A DNA stretch of 64,000 nt from Octopus vulgaris (lineage: Eukaryota), in the NCBI GenBank assembly GCA_951406725.2, contig OX597820.1, forward strand, positions 126,046,001-126,110,000, in the 5' to 3' direction. Under the pieces are notes generated by a model. It ran no database searches. It was given only the letters and a program-made list of their open reading frames with translations, and was not told the origin of the DNA. A program made the translations under genes and the position numbers. Of the stretch, positions 14,106-28,121 are shown piece after piece (positions within the stretch are counted from its first letter, which is position 1; the number at the start of each line of letters is the position of its first letter).

Positions 14106-14521
14106 CGTTAAATTTTAAAGTCAAATTTCGATTTCACTTACGTCATAAATAACATTAGTGAAGGATGTGAACTCTACTGGATACAAATATCATTCCCTGA
14201 GAAAATATAGGACGGATTCTTTTTTCTTTAAACGCAAAAAATGTGTGTTTCATTATAAAAACAAAAAATAGTATTTCTATGAATGGACTAGAAGTGGAAG
14301 AACATTTTCTTGCTTCTTTTATTGTTGATGTTTTATTGTTTTAATTTTATTTGATTTCCTGTCACAAATTTCATTTCCAAAACCATAAATTCCACTATCT
14401 GTAGCGAATTCTTTACGCTGGTAACATTTCTGTTGGAACAAAAGAAACGATTACGATGAAACAAAACATCGTTTCTTTATAGGTGGCGGGAAGTGGGAGG
14501 ATTCGATAGATTACTGTTGTG

Positions 14522-15385
<864 letters not shown>

Positions 15386-15747
15386 TTGCAATTTATTTCG
15401 ATGCTTCTCTGTTACAAACATTTTGTAAACTGAGAAATCTCTGGCAATTTATATTTGTTTATTCGTTGATATCATCAATTATTATATTTGATTGTCTATA
15501 TGTTTTTTTTTCTCATTTTTTTCCTCTCAATTTATTGTTATATTTGTGTTATGTTGATCTAAACAGAAGATACTAAATGACTTCTGGGTTCAAACTGAAA
15601 CGCTTAACCAAAATAAACCAATGAATAAATATATAAAAATAAATAAATAAAATCAATCCAATTTATCCAAAACGAAAATAACGTTTATCTCGGAAAGATA
15701 GATCTCATATTTACAGTTTCGGGCCTCGACACCTACGACTGCAACTA

Positions 15748-16120
15748 CAATGATGTTGACGACGACGACGAAGATACGGGTGATGATGAAGGATGATGAA
15801 GGATGATCATGAGGATGGTGGTGGTGGTGGTGGTGGTGGTGGTGGTGGTGGTGGTGGTGGTAGTGGTGGTGGGTGGTGGTGGTAGTGGTGGTGGTGGTGG
15901 TGGTGGCGGCGGCGGCGGCATTGGTGAAGGAAGGCAGAGGAGGGGGGAGGAGGAAAAGAATGGGAGAGAAGGAAGTGGATGGGTGGAGGGGAGGAACCGG
16001 AGGGGAGGAGGGGAATCGGAGGGGGAAATGGTGGTGGTGGTGGTGGTGGTGGTGGTGGTGGTGGTGGTGGTGGTGGTGGAGGAGGAGGAGGAGGAGGAGA
16101 AGGAGGAGGAGGAGGAGGAG
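15748..16120. repeat. Purine-rich (GGT)n/(GGA)n low-complexity tract
   Basis: Directly visible; source of poly-V/H/P/G ORFs. Confidence 0.93.
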
Positions 16121-16761
16121 AATATGAGAACGATAGTGAAGCAACACTCACTTCATCTATGTTTATTTGTAGAGGTCATCGTAGGCCAGAAATCTAGGTA
16201 GTTAACTTTCATGTCAAACTTATTGGTGATGAAGTTTTCTAGAAATAATATGGACGGAACCATTACGTTGCTGATTGACTTGCTTGAAATAACAACCAAT
16301 CACACCTTGTAGTTTAAAAGGAAACGGATATATTGTATAATGTAGTTCGAGGTGAATGAAACCGAGGAGCATACAAATATCTACAAATCGGAGACCTGGC
16401 ACTCTCGCTTGTGCGTGAGTGAAGTTCGCTAAAGACTCCTAAAGATGTAGATGTTGTTAGACTGGGTGACAGAAGAAGTGAACCCTACAAAACCTCAGGA
16501 ATAAAATGTTAGGAGTAAATACTGCAAAGCATCTTTTTCGATGCTAACAGGCCGCCTTAGAATGTTATTGTAGAGAGGCTTGGCCAGATTCGAACCAACT
16601 CATTTAGATTTCTAGTTATGAGCCGCAGTCTGTTCTTATAGCGATAAGAGTCATATCCAGCCCTTTGAGAGAAAAATATTGGGTCCATTGGACCCAGTTG
16701 GTAATTAGTGAGATACATTTTCTCTGGTAGACCAAGGGTTAATAAGTTAAATCACATACTG

Positions 16762-16796
<35 letters not shown>

Positions 16797-17219
16797 GTAT
16801 ATACACATAATGTACACACAGTACTATAAAAGAAAAGTTGAAATTCTCCTAAGTTGCGTAGATTAACGAATCGGAAATGGCGTTAGTTGCAGCTCCAGTC
16901 GAGCCGTATTATGTAGTCGGACTCCAATCGGACTCATGTTAGCGATATGTATTTTACAGAATATTTCGAAGTATGAAAATAAGGAATGAAATTTATTTAT
17001 TTATAAATTTGAGCCGGATGCCAGACTAATCATTGCCAGTGCTGTATGTTTGGCTTCCTGCTATATTCTTCTTTCTCTCTCCTCCTCTCACCAAGCCAGA
17101 ATCTTTTCTTTTTATATATCTTTGACTCACTATCAATAAGACCAATTACAATCTTTCATAAATTCTTACTCCAGCTTCAAATATCTTCTAGCGTATAAAC
17201 GAGAAATATTATTATTCCA

Positions 17220-17456
17220 GGCGCAGTCGTGTCCGTCTGGTGTGAATCTTGCTTCCCAACCACATGGTTCTGAGTTTAGTCCCACTACGGGACACCTTAG
17301 CCAAGGGTCCTTCTACTATAGCGTTGGGCCAATCAGAGCCTTGGGAATGGATTTGGTTGACGGAAACTGAAAGAAGAAACCGTAAGCACACACACTCACA
17401 CACACACAAACATACATACATACACACATGCATGCATGCATACATACATACATACA

Positions 17457-17490
<34 letters not shown>

Positions 17491-17750
17491 CATGCATATA
17501 TATATAAGCATATATATATATATATATATATAAGCGCGTGTGTGTCTGTATCTGTTTCTTCACTACCACCTCATGACAACCGGTGATGCGAGTTTTACGT
17601 CCCAGTAATCTGACGGTTCGCCTAAATGAGATTGGTAGAATAAGCATCAAGCTTCACAAAAAATAAGACCTGGGGCCAAATCATTCGGCTTAGAATTCTT
17701 CAAAGCGATACCCTAGCATGACCGAAGTCTAGTAACCGAAAGAAGCAATA
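17220..17750 (+). mobile_element. tRNA-derived SINE with internal microsatellite
   Basis: GCTTCCCAACCACATGGTTC...GTCCCACT head, GGATTTGGT.GACGGAAACTGAAAGAAG, (CATA)n, and tail shared with other copies. Confidence 0.85.
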
Positions 17751-18287
17751 AATAATAGATAGTAGATTCCACTTAAATATGTCAAATATTTGAAACACGC
17801 TCGTCTATCTCATGTATTTATTTTTCTTTGAACAAAAGAAGCATCCATAGCTTAGTATTATTAGATTTGAGATTTGCTTTATATTCAGAAAGGTAGAAAT
17901 ACAATACTATGTCAGTTCTCATTTACTCAGCCAAGTACCGCATTTCAGTAAACTATTATTTGTTCCTTGAATTGCTCAGAGCCTAAAATTCTAATCAATA
18001 TATAAAGTCTTTTGAAAAGCTCTAGACTGTGACACCGCTAACATTATAATACATTTGGCAACAGATAACTCTAATTCTGCACTACTTATAACTTCGCTCT
18101 TCAAGGTATTGAATAGAATGAATTCGTTCTTTTGTTTTAAGCTATCATATCACTCACTGTCAAGTGAAGGGTAATTAAATATATATATATATATATATAT
18201 ATATAACCTTTAGAAAGGTCAGAAAGCTGAAGAAAATCTCTACGTGATGTGATTCAGTTATTCAGTGTGGAAAATATACGTACATAA

Positions 18288-18685
<398 letters not shown>

Positions 18686-19214
18686 GAAACGAGTAATGAG
18701 ATATGAAACTGATAAATATAATAAGAGACAAGAGAATGACGGAGAGACTGGTTAATTGGTTGGTTCATTGTTTGTTTGTTTGGTTGGTTGGTTGGTTGGT
18801 CGGTCGGTCGGTTGGTTGGTTGGTTGGTTGGTTGGTTGCTATGACGAATAGCTGACATGATGGAATAAGTGATGAAGGGCAGGAAAATTCAAGAAAGCAA
18901 AATTAATAAGAAGCGCGTAATTAACTCTGATATTCAATTGGCCACATTATCCTGCGCAAACATGGCATCTAATATTGAATAGCCATACTTGCATAACATA
19001 CAATAATAAAGGTCAGCTTAATACACCGCTTTTATTTTATTTCGAACCAGCTCCTAGTTTACGTTCAGCTTTCCTGCTTTAAACATTACTAAAACACTAG
19101 CTGGCCCCAACTAGTCAAAAACGACGGCTAATCATCAAAACCTTCAAAATCAGCCACCATTATCGTCTCGACATTTTAGCTCAATATCACAAGGCATCAG
19201 CCCTTCCACCAATG

Positions 19215-19650
19215 CCCAAAAATGGAAGATCCAATTTATTGAGGATTGGGTTAATGAACATCCACAACATATCCCTTTCTTCGTCCTCACAGAGGCCCAT
19301 CTCAATAACCTCCACTTGGAAGCTGAGGTGAGAGTGAAGAATTTTACAACTATCCAGGTAGATCATGTCGGCAGAAGAAAGGGTGGGACCACCATTTTGT
19401 GCCCGATGCTTTTTCGGCTGAAATAATGGGCGTATTTACCAATGGCTACTATGAAGCAGCTTCTGTGTATGGTAAAACCAACAATTTAATAGTAGCTGTG
19501 CTGCATAGGCTACCCCTAACTCCTTTACTACGCTTCAAGGAATGCCTCAACAGTATTAAGTGTTTCATCCATCAGTGACATGCTGACAACATATTAATGA
19601 TGGGGGACTTCAACCTTCCCAGTCTTGATTGATCCACAAACAGCTTGAAA
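19215..19650 (+). pseudogene. LINE apurinic-type endonuclease remnant (CR1/L2/Jockey group)
   Basis: Translation FFVLTEAHL...IQVDHVGRRKGG and ILMMGDFNLPSLD (GDFN motif). Confidence 0.75.
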
Positions 19651-19861
19651 CCAGATTTTTTCCACGTCAACCCCTTTTTGATTTGTTATGTCGCAATACT
19701 ACATAGTGGCTGTGTGAGATACGAAATCCTCGTCGCCCCACTGTTATGTCGCACGTTCGGATGACAGCTACTCAACTCTACTCTCACCGCTACTCTACAC
19801 TACTCTGTTCTAGTCTGAACTCTGACGTCTAGGCTTCTCCGACTATATTTACGGATTGGAA

Positions 19862-20092
19862 GGCGGCGAGCTGGCAGAAACGTTGGCGCGCCGGGCGAAA
19901 TTCTTAGCAGTATTTCGTCTCTGTCTTTACATTCTGAGTTCAAATTCCGCCGCGGTCGACTTTGCCTTTCATCCTTTCGGGGTCGATAAATAAAGTACCA
20001 GTTTCGCACTGGGGTCGATGTAATCGACTGAATCCGTTTGTTTATCCTTGTTTGTCCCCTCTATGTTTAGCCCCTTGTGGGTAGTAAAGAAA
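19862..20092 (+). mobile_element. Full-length tRNA-derived SINE
   Basis: GGCGGCGAGCTGGCAGAA head, GAGTTCAAATTCC box B, GGGGTCGAT core, tail TGTGGGTAGTAAAGAAAT. Confidence 0.88.
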
Positions 20093-20429
20093 TATATATT
20101 CAGGTATTGGGATAACCTTCTTCATCGTCTGGGGGTGTCCACACAACAAATTTTTATTTATTTAGTCGCATATATTTTTTGCTACTTCTTACGGATTATA
20201 ACAACCTGTTGCATATTTTTAGAGTTAAGCTAATTAAGAGGATAAAGATTTATATTTGTTTCAGTGTCGTTAGTAAGATATTCAATGCTCCATTCTCCTA
20301 AGTGATCGTCGATGCGCAGAAAACTGATCGACAGCGGCAAACAGGGAAGAAATGATGAAGCAGATAAATTACAGCATTCGTGTAGAATGGCTTCGAAAGT
20401 ATATTTTCACACACTTTTAGTCTTCTAAT

Positions 20430-20653
20430 GTGTTTCTGTCATTGGACTGCGACCATGCTGGAGTACCAGCTTGAAGAGTTTAGACGAACAATCGACCCCC
20501 CTCCCCGCCAGTAATTTTTGTTTCTTTAAACTTGGTACTCATTCTATCGATATCTTTTGACGAACCGCTAGGTTACGGGAGCGTAAACACAACAACACTG
20601 ATTGTCGAGCGCTGATGGTGGGAGCTCAAATAATTGCACAAAGACAACCACAT

Positions 20654-20713
<60 letters not shown>

Positions 20714-20878
20714 ACATGTACCCATCCAAAGGGGGTACAATCCACAATATCCACTCCCAAAGCTTGGTCGGGCTCGAGTTGTTGTAGAATTCACATATCA
20801 AAAAAGTCACGGAGTAGGACTTAAACCGAAATCGTGTGGTGCGAAGCAAACCTTACCACAAAGCAACGCCTGCGCCTA
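20430..20878 (-). mobile_element. SINE (family of 17220)
   Basis: Reverse-complement head GGCGCAGGCG and tail blocks; internal (CA)n. Confidence 0.75.
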
Positions 20879-22210
20879 TGTATATAAAATTTTAACAGAA
20901 CGGTGTGGTACTTGTCTACGATATCTAATCAAACTAAATATATGTAAAATAATGTGTTCGGTCAAAATCCACAATTACATTTAATGAGCGAACAGAGAAT
21001 ACTTTAGGCGGGGTCTCGACCTGGTAGAAAAAGTAGTTAAATCCCTCTTCAATCATGCCATCATATCTTGAGGGAGACAAAAATTAGAAATGATGCATTG
21101 GATAATTTAGATCTCGGTACATTTTCTTTCTAAACCAGAGAGAAACCTAATCGCTAGAAAAGCCTTGATCATCGGCGTGCCAAATTATGACTTACATGGG
21201 ATTAAAGCACAAAAACACAGCATGAATGACGTGCTTACAATTAATTTGAAAGTATGGCAAATAATAATAATAAAATATAAAATTTTACAGGTTCGTTACT
21301 CACGATTCCTGACAGCTAAAGGCAATCCAAAGATGAACCGCTATATATATTTCTGAACACGCGCCCATTTGTACATACCTATGCATTAGCAAGTGTATGT
21401 TTGTATATTCTGGTGTACACATATGTACACATATGTATACGTATATGTACAGGCTTGTTACTGTGTTTGATTGTTCAAATTAATGGAACCTAAAGACCAA
21501 TAAGTAACGTACTGTGTGAACTCAATATGTGAGCATTAATTAAGATTCCAGTGTCTCCAGGAAAGAAATACCGTAAACAATTCTCGTCTGCATTAGCATC
21601 AACGTAAATAGGGAATGTCATTGTTTGGTGAAATTTTCGCATTAGAAATATTCAAACTAGTCTCTGAAATATCGTCATACTAAGTTGTCCAAAATGTTTC
21701 CTTTGCGTAACTGCTTCTTGTGTCTGTCTAATATATATATATATATGCATCAATACATATAAATGTGGATGTGTGTGTGTTTGTGTGAATGTGTGGGTGG
21801 CATGTGTGTGTGAATGCGTGTGGGTGTGTGTGTGCGTGTGTGTGACACACATAGTATATACATATAATTCCTAAAAAATAAATTTGTACACTACAAGTAT
21901 AGAGTAGTCCTTCAGATTTTAATTCTTTTCATTGTAACTGATCATTAACTCAACCAACACACACACACATATATATATATACATACATACATACATACAT
22001 ACATACATACATACATACATACATACATACATGCATATATATATATACATATACACATATACATATATATTTTTTTTATCTAGTTTCACCTCACTAGCTG
22101 TGACCATGCTGGGGCACCGCCATTAAAAGCTTAAAGACTGACGAAATACCGTTAATCATCTCACCCAGCATGCTAATGTTTCTACCATATATAGAGAGAG
22201 AGAGACAGAC

Positions 22211-22312
<102 letters not shown>

Positions 22313-22866
22313 ACATTATTATTTCTAAAGCTCTCAACGAGAGACATACAGTAACAGTACTTTTAAGTAAAGATTATTTGCCAATATAATATGGCAAACC
22401 CGGTTGACATGAATGTTAGTGGTGTTTAGCACCAGGAAACCCCGTTTGCAGCTGGCTATACGACACACTATCTGTGTCCGTATATTTTCGAAGAAGAGGT
22501 TTAGCATCCCTACAACAGTACAAAGCAATATAGCTGTACTGCGGTTTCAGGCTTATTTCCTTTCTTCAGCTCAGAATAATCACTCGGCTGCTAAACTCTC
22601 CGTTCGAATATATACACGTAGATACATAATCACTGATCTACTAAATAGAAACATTTTTATTACTAAATCTCTCAACGAGAGACTTACAGTAACAGTACAT
22701 AAAAGTAATGAATATTTGCCAATATAATAAGGCAGTGGCGGTTGAGATAAACGCAATGTCTATTTAATGGATCAGAGATTATGTATCAGTTTGAAACGGA
22801 GGTTATAGGAGTACCACCCTCAGCCGAGTGATTATTCTGTGCCGATGAAGGAAGATAAGTCCCGTC

Positions 22867-23154
22867 CAATAATACTATAATTGTTCCACGTCCTCGCGTT
22901 GTTGTGTTTTCTCTTTGCATTTTCATGTTTGGATTAACTATTCAAAATGTGACCGCGTGTGTACCGTTGGCGATTTTTTTTCTTCTGTCTTCCCTTCTCT
23001 GGATCTTTCCTTCTCCTATGTTTCCGACGAAGAGCTCCACTCGAAACGTTAAACCCTCCTTCTTCCCTTCCTTCCTCAGCCTCCAATAATACTATATTTG
23101 TTCCACGTCCTCGCGTTGTTGTGTTTTCTCTTTATATTTTCATGTTTGGATTAA
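22867..23154 (+). mobile_element. Small direct-repeat unit (about 70-bp repeats, period about 216 bp) with central minimal HHR
   Basis: CCAATAATACTATA.TTGTTCCACGTCCTCGCGTTGTTGTG...GGATTAA at 22867 and 23083. Confidence 0.75.
23020..23054 (+). ncRNA. Minimal type I HHR-like motif (CCGA core variant)
   Basis: GUUU-CCGACGA-A-GAG-CUCCA-CUC-GAAAC-GUU/AAAC. Confidence 0.55.
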
Positions 23155-23204
23155 GTAAAAATAAAGAGGCGTGGTACAGAATGTCACCAACAATATGAAG
23201 TACA

Positions 23205-24148
23205 AAAACAAACGAGTTGAATACGCAAATAATGAGAGCAAGAATTGGAAAACAGGACAAGTAAGACGGAGAACAACCCTTCATCAGTTGTCGACTGTTT
23301 ATCTGCTCCTCGTTTCTGGCATTCAACGACAATATGAGTCTTCGAAGACAGCTGCTCCTATAAATTCAAGGCTAAAATTTTGGATTTATGACAACAAAAA
23401 CAGGACAATGGAGACAAACAATGAAAGCGAACGAAAACAAATATGGAGGGTCGTTAGACAAGAACGAGAGGGAACTACTGAACTTCATGTTGTTTACACA
23501 GTTGGGGACGTCCTATGCACATATATATATATTATGTATATTATTATTCAATTGAATGCCAGGCATCCATTTCCAAGTAAGTTTATCTTAACATTTTTGA
23601 TGCGACTCTACTCTATACTATTCCCCCATTCTTCTCTAATTCACTTTACTACACCGTTTTCTATCTGTCTCTCTCTCTCCCCACTTTTTCTCTTTTTTCT
23701 CTCTCTATCTGGTTGTTCACACGTAACCATCGTCCATGTTTCTTTTTCTCGTGTGACCATCTTTGTTTCCTACACCGACGTTCAAAAGAACGGACGAGGT
23801 TTTTTCTCTCACTACTATCTTTTCTCTTTTCAAAAACAAAATGTTTCTCTCAGCGTTCACTATTTAACTCTCGTTCCGGTCTAACGACCTTCCATGTTTG
23901 TTTCGTTCGGTTTTCTTGTATATCTCTGCTGTTCTGTTTTTATTACGAAATTTGACCCTCCATAAATCCAAAATTATATTTTGGAATTTATTGGAACAAC
24001 TGTCTTCGAAGACTCATATTGTCGTTGAATGCTTGAAATGAGGATAACGTAGACAGCCGACAACTAATGAAGGGTTGTTCTCTGTGTTACTTGACCTCTT
24101 TTCCATTTCTCTCTCATTGCTTGCGTATTCAATTCGCTTGTTTTCGTG
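23205..24148. mobile_element. Fold-back element: about 270-bp diverged inverted arms (23205-23470 / 23868-24148)
   Basis: For example GCATTCAACGACAATATGAGTCTTCGAAGACAG versus CTGTCTTCGAAGACTCATATTGTCGTTGAATGC. Confidence 0.85.
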
Positions 24149-24758
24149 TTTAATTTTGTTTACACAATTGGTGACGTTCTGTACCTATATATGCATATAT
24201 ATATACGCGTATATACATTTGAGTCTTTGATAAAATGGAGTTTAAAGATGGAATGATTTTGTTGAGAACTAAATTTATTAAAATTCTTCCCTGAAGATGG
24301 AGGCTGATGTTATCCGTTGATGGAATCAAGTTACAATCATTATTTTGGACCACCAAGAATTAAGAAACACCCACACGACTCGTAACTTTCTTTTTCAATC
24401 CTTTTGATTCTTGATATTATTTGTATCCTGTGTAAGTCGGACTTTATATATATAGACATATGTACATTTTTGGTATTAAATGCATTTAACATATTTTGTA
24501 TATCGAATTATGTAACTTGCTTGTCAAATTTACTCCTCTACTTGTTCAAGTTCAAATCTCTTAAGCCCTACGAAGTGCATTCTATACAGAGAATGCCTGT
24601 CCCTAATCTATATATATAGTATACACACACACACACACACGTACACACGCGCGCACACATATACATATCATCAGTAATTCATAAATCCGAAAAAGAAGCA
24701 CACTCTTAGTTATAGACCAGTATAGTATATAGATAAAAATTGATATGGCCGATGTATG

Positions 24759-24802
24759 GGGTTACCCTGGGTTTCACGACCATACAACGTTTTTTCAGGC
24801 CC
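24759..24802 (-). ncRNA. Degenerate type I HHR-like motif
   Basis: GGGC-CUGAAAA-A-ACG...CGU-GAAAC-CCAGG-GUA/ACCC. Confidence 0.45.
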
Positions 24803-25069
24803 TAAACCCGTTGATGTACATAAATGCACATACAGATACATCGATGCACTGACACACGCACACATATACACGTACACATTTAAATACGCGCTCACACACA
24901 CATATATAAATTCCTTTATGCGTATGTCTATATATGTCAATAGGTAGGTGTGGCTAAATGGATGCTTATGCTTGCATGTATCGCTAGAAAATTGTATTAT
25001 ACGTGTGTGGGTGTATTTCTGTGTATGTGTGAGTGTGTGTGTATTTGTGTGTTCGTGTGTGAGATAGAA

Positions 25070-25115
<46 letters not shown>

Positions 25116-25625
25116 ACAGAAGTGTATTGCCACGCAGGAAATAATATAGGAGAGATTGGAGTTACAAGGAAACATTCAGGAAAATACCTTTAAAAGATCA
25201 AACATCCATACAAATTACGATATTCAATAAGTTTCACAGAGATAAACAGTAATACAAGTTCAAATGTTCGATGAATTTTATAACAGTCGTATATGATCGA
25301 AAGTTGAGTAAGATTTAGCTATATTAACAATTAAATACGATGAAAGTTTTAACAAAGTAAGAAAAAACAGAATGAATAAAGATTCTTTTTTTTACAATTT
25401 TTCTCGTAGAGCATGAAAGAGGTTCTTCGTCGCTGGAATTCCTATTAAGAGCTTGATCGATTTTAAGCAGAAAGTAATGTGTATATACAACGTAATGATT
25501 TCAAATTCTGATTGGTTGTAAACTTAATGGCATCACTTGTTTTTGTCCGCCTGTGGTCTCCGGTATCTTTGCTGGCTAGGTGACTGCTTGAATATTTCAC
25601 TTGTTTTTCAAATGTTCTGACCACA

Positions 25626-25772
25626 TATAAAGTTGTCCCAAAAGTTCGTAGAAAGTCTTGGAAAATAATGGTCTTTATTTTGAGGAATAATTTTTTTTTG
25701 TTTTTGTTAGTACTTGGCGAGTAAAAATTCAATTTTCGCAAGTGTTTGCGAACTTTTGGGACAACCTAATAT
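25626..25772. mobile_element. Tc1/mariner-type MITE
   Basis: TIRs GTTGTCCCAAAAGTTCG / CGAACTTTTGGGACAAC with TA-rich ends. Confidence 0.8.
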
Positions 25773-26299
25773 TTCGGTTTAGCAGAAATTCAGCGTTGTG
25801 GTTGATTGACTTCCTGGTGACTTCCTGTTTTGTCCAGTTGTTTTTGATCACTAGCGATCCACTGCTCTGGTTGGCTGACTTTCTGCATACGTCATTCGTT
25901 TTTGTCTTGGTAAATCGTTGTTGTCTGACGGTCATCCAGCATTCCGGTTGGCTGGTTTCATTAAGAAGCCACTTGTTTTGGTCAGCTCGATGTTTATTCG
26001 TTTTCTGGGCGTTTTTTTACCAGAAAATATCTAACTTCAGTCTAGGGTGACTTCAGTAATTTGGATTGACAAGGTACAATGCGTTACTGTACAGCAGTTT
26101 GGGGGTAAGGTTTCGAATCTCAGAGGCAGCCCGTTACTTAAACTTTTAATTTCTAATCGTTTTCCGTGAATAAATTAAGTTTTCTCATTCTGATGCGTTG
26201 CTAGAGAGTAATTAGTTGTGGTTTATATTCATTAATGAACATAGTTTCTCTATTTAGTCGGAATTGGGCTGAAATGTTTGCGGTGCACTAAAATAAAGG

Positions 26300-26770
26300 G
26301 AACATTTGCTATTTTAGATATTCGAGCGAGTGGCACAGATCTAGGTGTTTAATGGGTCCCGAATATGTTGCTCATGTACCGTCATTTTGACCATCAAAGT
26401 GAAGCTCGTTTGATTTATGTAACCCTCAGCACACTTGCCTCATTTGAGAACATAAATCAGTTGTTGAGAATGTTTGACAAGACTCGAATTCATATGTTTA
26501 ACCTTTCATAAGGTTGATGCAGGTCCCACAATTAGGATTGTGTTTTGTGGGGTAGGGTATCGGCGTAGTAAGAAACTTTTTTAAAGAATTACGTTGATTT
26601 CACTTTTAATAAATTTATGTATTTCGAGTGCTTTTTTCATTGGCAGGTCCTTCTTCAACTAGATATATTCTGATAAATGATGTTATATGCAACCATGTTT
26701 CTTGGATTGTTTGTTGATATATTCCGTAATGTGGAGATAGCAGATGTGGAAGATGCAACAAAACAATAAC
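26300..26770 (-). mobile_element. Decayed Neptune-type PLE fragment
   Basis: Minus-strand YISTNNPRN and PNCGTCINLMKG parallel the 29191 ORF. Confidence 0.65.
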
Positions 26771-26789
26771 GTTAAATATAATAGATGGG

Positions 26790-27130
26790 GACACTCACTT
26801 GAAATTTAGGAGTGGATTCACGTTCAACGTAAATGCAAATATGAACTGCAATACACAAAATCGCATCTACTGCATTACTTGCCCCAAATGCAAAGAAAAT
26901 TATATTGGTGAGACCAATAATTCCCTTTGCCATCGCGCAAGAATCTACAGACAGCAAATCCGACAAGGGGAGCTATAGAAAATTCCACTGAGCAAACATT
27001 TGGAAATATGTGGAGAAAAGAAATTCAAGATCTTCCCCTTCTATAAATGCTCAAGGAACGACCCAAACTCCCGGAAGACGATGGAACTATATTTTATAAA
27101 GAAGTTCTCACCGAAATCGAACAGTTGGTT
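26790..27130 (+). pseudogene. PLE GIY-YIG endonuclease remnant
   Basis: NMNCNTQNRIYCITCPKCKENYIGETNN...RQQIR...IPLSKHL..C..FKIFPFYK. Confidence 0.85.
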
Positions 27131-27509
27131 TGGAAATATATGGATAAAAAATTTTAAGAAACGCAGATCATATTTATGATTTTTTAAAAATCATATCATA
27201 TTTAAAGAAAGACTTTCCCACGCCTGGACTTTGTTCAAGTGATATTTAGAGAAACAGTTTCCCACGCTTATATTTTTTCAGATTGTATTTAAAATCATAC
27301 CATTACTTATTTTAAAATCACTCTTTCAAAAACATAGCCATACACAGCTAAATCAAAATCCCCTACTTTTGGTCAAACTATTGTATCTCCAGCTACTTCA
27401 AAGTACCAAAAATTATCAATGCATCCTACAACGGTTTTGCTATGGATTGGTAAAAATATTTTTTGCTATAGGATGGTAAAACTAGTTTTTTAGTTTTCGT
27501 TTTCTGCTA

Positions 27510-27825
27510 TTGCCTGGGACCGAGCAAACACTATTGAGGGAATTTGTTTGTCAGAAACTGAAAGAAGTTTGCGACATGTGCGCGTATGAATGTGTGTGTG
27601 TGTGTGTGTGCGTGCGTGTGCTTGTGTCTTTGTATATGCGTTTGTCCCCCCCACATACACACAACCGCTTGGAAAAGAGGTTGGTTAGTTTACGCCCTCG
27701 TAACTTAACGTTTCGGATAAAAGACCAGGCTTTTAAAACGGACTCGGATCGGTTCATTCGACTAAATTTCTTCAAGCAGAAGCGCTACATGGCCGTAGTC
27801 TAATGGCTGAAACAAGTAAACGATA
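27510..27825 (+). mobile_element. SINE (family of 17220)
   Basis: GAAACTGAAAGAAG, (GT)n, ATGGCCGTAGTCTAATGGCTGAAACAAGTAAA tail. Confidence 0.75.
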
Positions 27826-28080
27826 AAACATCAAGGCAAATATATATATCAAAAGAGGGGAGACGGAGAGGAAATAGAGTAAGTAGGAAATACACATAGA
27901 ATATATAAAAAGGTTTTATTTAAACGAAAATTAGCACATCTGACTGATTTCACATTTGTGTAATTTTGATAACTTCCACTTTTGAAACCAGCACAATGCA
28001 TTCATTTTCATTTCAATGAATTCTTATATATACTCTCTTTGCATTTTTATCTTCATTTAGTTCTTGTTTGGATTAGATTA

Positions 28081-28116
<36 letters not shown>

Positions 28117-28121
<5 letters not shown>

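Noticed and set aside
23270-23320. Permuted (type II) hammerhead in the 23.2-24.1 kb fold-back
   Set aside because: GAAAC...GUC...CUGAUGA order is present on the minus strand, but stems I and III cannot be formed convincingly
23171-23884. 237-aa ORF
   Set aside because: Spans an inverted-repeat arm and CT-rich low complexity; no recognisable domain
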